In this document: piece by piece, positions 49,280 through 52,769 of the stretch
Position numbering within the stretch: position 1 is the first letter of the stretch
Layout: each line of letters opens with the position of its first letter
Source: Octopus bimaculoides
Taxonomy: Eukaryota
Length of the DNA: 52,769 nt
Direction: 5' to 3'
NCBI RefSeq assembly: GCF_001194135.2
Contig: NC_068997.1
Location: 40,749,721 to 40,802,489, forward strand
Notes under the pieces: generated by a model
The model's database searches: none
What the model saw: only the letters and a program-made list of their open reading frames with translations
What the model was told of the DNA's origin: nothing
Translations under genes and position numbers: made by a program

Positions 49280-50505
49280 CTAAATAATAATGGAGAAAGA
49301 AAGCGGTAAAAAAAAAAAGAATGTAAAAATATACTTATAGGAAGGAATTGTTGCTAAAGTTTGGTTTAGATCAAATTTGAGATTTAAACTAAGTTATTTT
49401 TCGCTTTTTTAAACGTTTGTTTATATCAATCTGTAGTTAATGATGATTCTATGACAACATCTCAATTTCCATGCATTCTTGTGTGTTAGAAACTGACGTA
49501 TATGGAATACAGCGTGTGTATATATATGATGCTATTAATGCTTATATTTATGTTTGCGTGTGTGTGTACGCCAAAGTTCTTTTGTTCAGAGACAGCAGTA
49601 TACATGTATATAATATATATATATATATATATGAATACATACATACATGCATACATACATATAGATATAGATATATGAATATGATAGCATTTTCATATGT
49701 AACTATGTATACGTACTGTGCATGTATGTATGTATGTATGTATGTAATTATGATACTTTGTATTGAATGTATGAACACAATAGTGAATATATATATATGT
49801 AAAAGGAACTATGTAAATGGATATATAAATGAAATTTACACATTAATATGTGTAAGTATACATATACATATATATTAGTGAATATGCATGCATACCTTCA
49901 CGCACATGCACGCATGTATATGTATGTGTATATGTGTATACGTGTGTGTGTGTATATTAATGATTTTGAGAGGTGGATGGTGGGGACATAAGATGTTTTG
50001 ACGTTCATGCTGGATTTTTTTTTTATCAGAACTCTTCCAATTAAGAACTAAAGGAAAAAAATTGGTTACAGATATGGTTGTATAGGTGATCCGTATATTG
50101 TAGCTGAAAAATGTCCCATGCCACGTTATGAGGGAACTTATCTAGCTCGCTCGTTTTCTGTCAATCAAAAATTATCGGTACACACACGCATATGTGAACG
50201 CACGCACAAAATGGCATCTTTTAGCAAGTTCGCAACACCACCTAAGGAAACAATGTTGAAGAATTTAATTCCTCGTCATTTAGTGGACAGGGTATAATTT
50301 CTGTGCTGCTGCCCAATATTATGAGAGGAAACGGATTTAGATGTCAGGTCAGACGTCTTTATGTTGGATTCAATACAGCCGACATATTGTATTCTTTTCT
50401 TGATGTATGTATGTATGTATGTATGTATGTATGTATGTATGTATGTATGTGTGTATGTATGTATGTATGTATGTATGTATGTATGTATGTGTGTATGTAT
50501 GTATG

Positions 50506-50800
50506 GGTGACGTCGCGTGCCTTAGTGGTTAAGGTATTCGGCTTGCGATCGTAAGGTCCTGAGTTCGATTCATGGCTGCGCGTTGTGTCCTTGAGAAAGA
50601 CACTTTATCTCACGTTGCTTCAGTGTACTTAACTGACAAAAATGAGTTGTACTTGTAATTCAAAGGTTCAGCCTTGTTACATTCTGTGTTACGCTGATTC
50701 TCCCTCTAAACTAAATCAAATGAACGCGAATCTGCCGAGTACTCAGCCACTTGCACGCTAATTTCATGAGAAGGCTGTTCCGTTGATCGGAGCACCAGGA
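50506..50800 (+). mobile_element. SINE family D
   Basis: tRNA-like head CTTAGTGGTTAAGG..GAGTTCGATTC, CORE-like GTGTCCTTGAGAAAGACACTT. Confidence 0.8.
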
Positions 50801-50842
50801 TGTTCACATGGAATGTATTAGTTTGACGCTTAGTAAAAAAAG

Positions 50843-50880
50843 TGTTTTTGACGTTTCGAGCATAGATCTTCGTCGGGAAT
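50843..50880 (-). ncRNA. Decayed minimal hammerhead-like motif of the Penelope-associated type
   Basis: Minus strand CCGACGA-A-GATC(TAT)GCTC-GAAA-C-GTC. One core mismatch (CCGA for CTGA), one stem II mismatch, weak stem I. Confidence 0.4.
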
Positions 50881-51018
50881 GAAAAATGAAAGGGGAAAAG
50901 TCCAAAGAAGGAAAAACCACTAACAGCACGTGTATAGTTATGCGTGTATGTATGTATGAATGACTGGATTGATGGATTAATGCATGTCTGTATGAATAGA
51001 TGGTTGGATGAATGGTTG

Positions 51019-51060
<42 letters not shown>

Positions 51061-51849
51061 TAGATGGATGGATGGATGGATGGATCGATCGATCGATTGA
51101 TCGATGGATGACGGATGTTCTTCCTAGCTTAACTTCTAGATTATATTTTCACTAACCACTTATCTGAGACAAGGTTGTAGAAAACACGTACTACAAAAAG
51201 GGTCTCGTGTTTCTTTCCCACATCTTTTGCACATCGTTTAAATTGTAAGAAACACTTGTACATATGCAGTATATGAATTATGGAATTATGATCTTTCTGT
51301 TAGGATCCAAATACCTGGATCCAGGTGGTTTGGTAGACATCTTGTTACTCCACTCCCACCATAAATTATTGGTATTACGCTGAATATGCATTTTCGAAGC
51401 GAGATTTGCAACCCTCGACTTCAATGGTCTATGGATGACATTTTTTTTTTTGTATTTTTCTTACACATTGCTGTTGATGTTTGTGTTGTTTTACCCTAGA
51501 TCATCCATGACTGAGCAAGCTGATGATTTTAAAGCATTTTTCACCCATGACAATCTCATCATTTTTCAACGTACAAAAAAACTACGTGTTTTCTTTCTGG
51601 GACGGGGTCGTGATTTGAGGGTGATTTGGCTGATGTTTTTAGCTGGTTAAATTGAACGTAGAGGTGTCCTGGTGACTGGTTTCCATAACGGAACATGCTA
51701 TTTTTTTTTATTTTGTAATCCAACACAACAAAACCAAGGAGGTTATGTTTTAATTTGATGGCTGCCTTTGCATTTAGACTGTACTCGCTTAAGTATGTTC
51801 ATATTTATTGGTCATTGTTTTCTTTCTCACTCTATTCCAAGTTGCTCTA

Positions 51850-52300
51850 GCTACAACATCAAGCTTCGTGGAAGGACAGTATCCAGAGAAGATTTTCTCA
51901 TAGTTGACATTGATATTGATAGACAGTGTCTTTAGTCTTGGTCTTACATTACTTGGTGTCAGTTGATGTTGTCTGCCCTTTGTGTAGCAGGTAAGTACTT
52001 TCTACACAGAATTTTGACCGCAAAATTTCCCGCGCTATAGTGAGCCAATTATACACCAGTCTAACCCCCATGGCTCTATAAGATATACATAGCAGTGATT
52101 CTTTATAGAACATCAACATTCTGTTTGAGCATCTCCCTATTAAGACCCTTCCTGGTGTGTACCCATTATGTAGGGCTCTCACAGTTTTAGTGAAAGCTTC
52201 AAAATTATGGAGAAGAAACACTTTCCATACCAAAAAATGTGATGCTTGTGAGTGTTTTCTGTAAACTTCATGACCATGTTACCATTGGCATTAAGTCTGT
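51850..52300 (-). mobile_element. Degraded RTE-clade LINE RT fragment
   Basis: VWKVFLLHNFEAFTKTVRALHNG..GRVLIG resembles RTE LWK.L...GCP..F...VR.LH.GM..RV, followed by a GVRLVY motif. Confidence 0.55.
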
Positions 52301-52582
52301 CTGAGACTAGTGACCATTCATTGCATCCCATTTCGAAAACTGATCAGAAGACAAATACAAAATATCTAATGAACAAAAGAGACAGTGAATCCTTTAAGCC
52401 CCGAAAATGCCGATTATATAACATTTTTGTTGAAGCTATCACATGTGATCAGCCACTGACACAGCATGTCATAACATGCCCACCCATCCAGCATGATACT
52501 GCAACTACAATATACAATACCATTCATAGAGAAGACAGCCCTGAGATATAGAGAATGTTTCTTTTACTGAATGTATACATAC

Positions 52583-52769
52583 GCAGGAGTGACTGTGTGG
52601 TAAGTAGCTTGCTTACCAACCACATGGGTCTGGGTTCAGTCCCACTGTGTGGCACCTTGGGTAAGTGTCTTCTACTATAGCCTCGGGCCGACCAAAGCCT
52701 TGTGAGTGGATTTGGTAGACGGAAACTGAAAGAAGCCTGTCGTATATATATATATATATATATATATAT
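52583..52769 (+). mobile_element. SINE-B 5' half, running off the window end
   Basis: AGGAGTGACTGTGTGGTAAGTAGCTTGCTTACCAACCACATGG..GGAAACTGAAAGAAGCC(TA)n. Confidence 0.92.

Noticed and set aside
50211-50297. Short ATG frame [27 protein letters not shown] with possible AGG|GTATAA donor
   Set aside because: 28 codons, a weak donor and no recognisable homology.

Overview
Eukaryotic, AT-rich, gapped draft-assembly DNA. The microsatellite load and SINE repertoire suggest an octopus (coleoid cephalopod) genome; this is an inference. No recognisable host protein-coding gene was found, and most listed ORFs are microsatellite or N-gap artefacts. The window is dominated by about 27 copies of one tRNA-derived SINE (called SINE-A here), about 11 copies of a second (SINE-B) and smaller SINE-like families. 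It also holds decayed LINE fragments (two Tx1/L1-like, a two-part R4/Dong, a CR1 3' end, a CR1-Zenon-like piece, an RTE-like piece), a decayed DD37D (maT) Tc1/mariner transposase and hAT-type MITEs. The most notable observations are: (1) an internally deleted U6 snRNA copy fused at its 3' T-tract to a CR1/SINE-B-type 3' tail; (2) a foldback element with about 115-130 bp inverted arms around a degenerate hammerhead-ribozyme motif; (3) the SINE-B tail matching the 3' UTR of a CR1 LINE in the same window; (4) repeated SINE insertion at identical sites, shown by repeated target-site duplications; (5) a 135 bp inverted duplication inside a Tx1 LINE. A few candidate exons and promoters are listed at low confidence.
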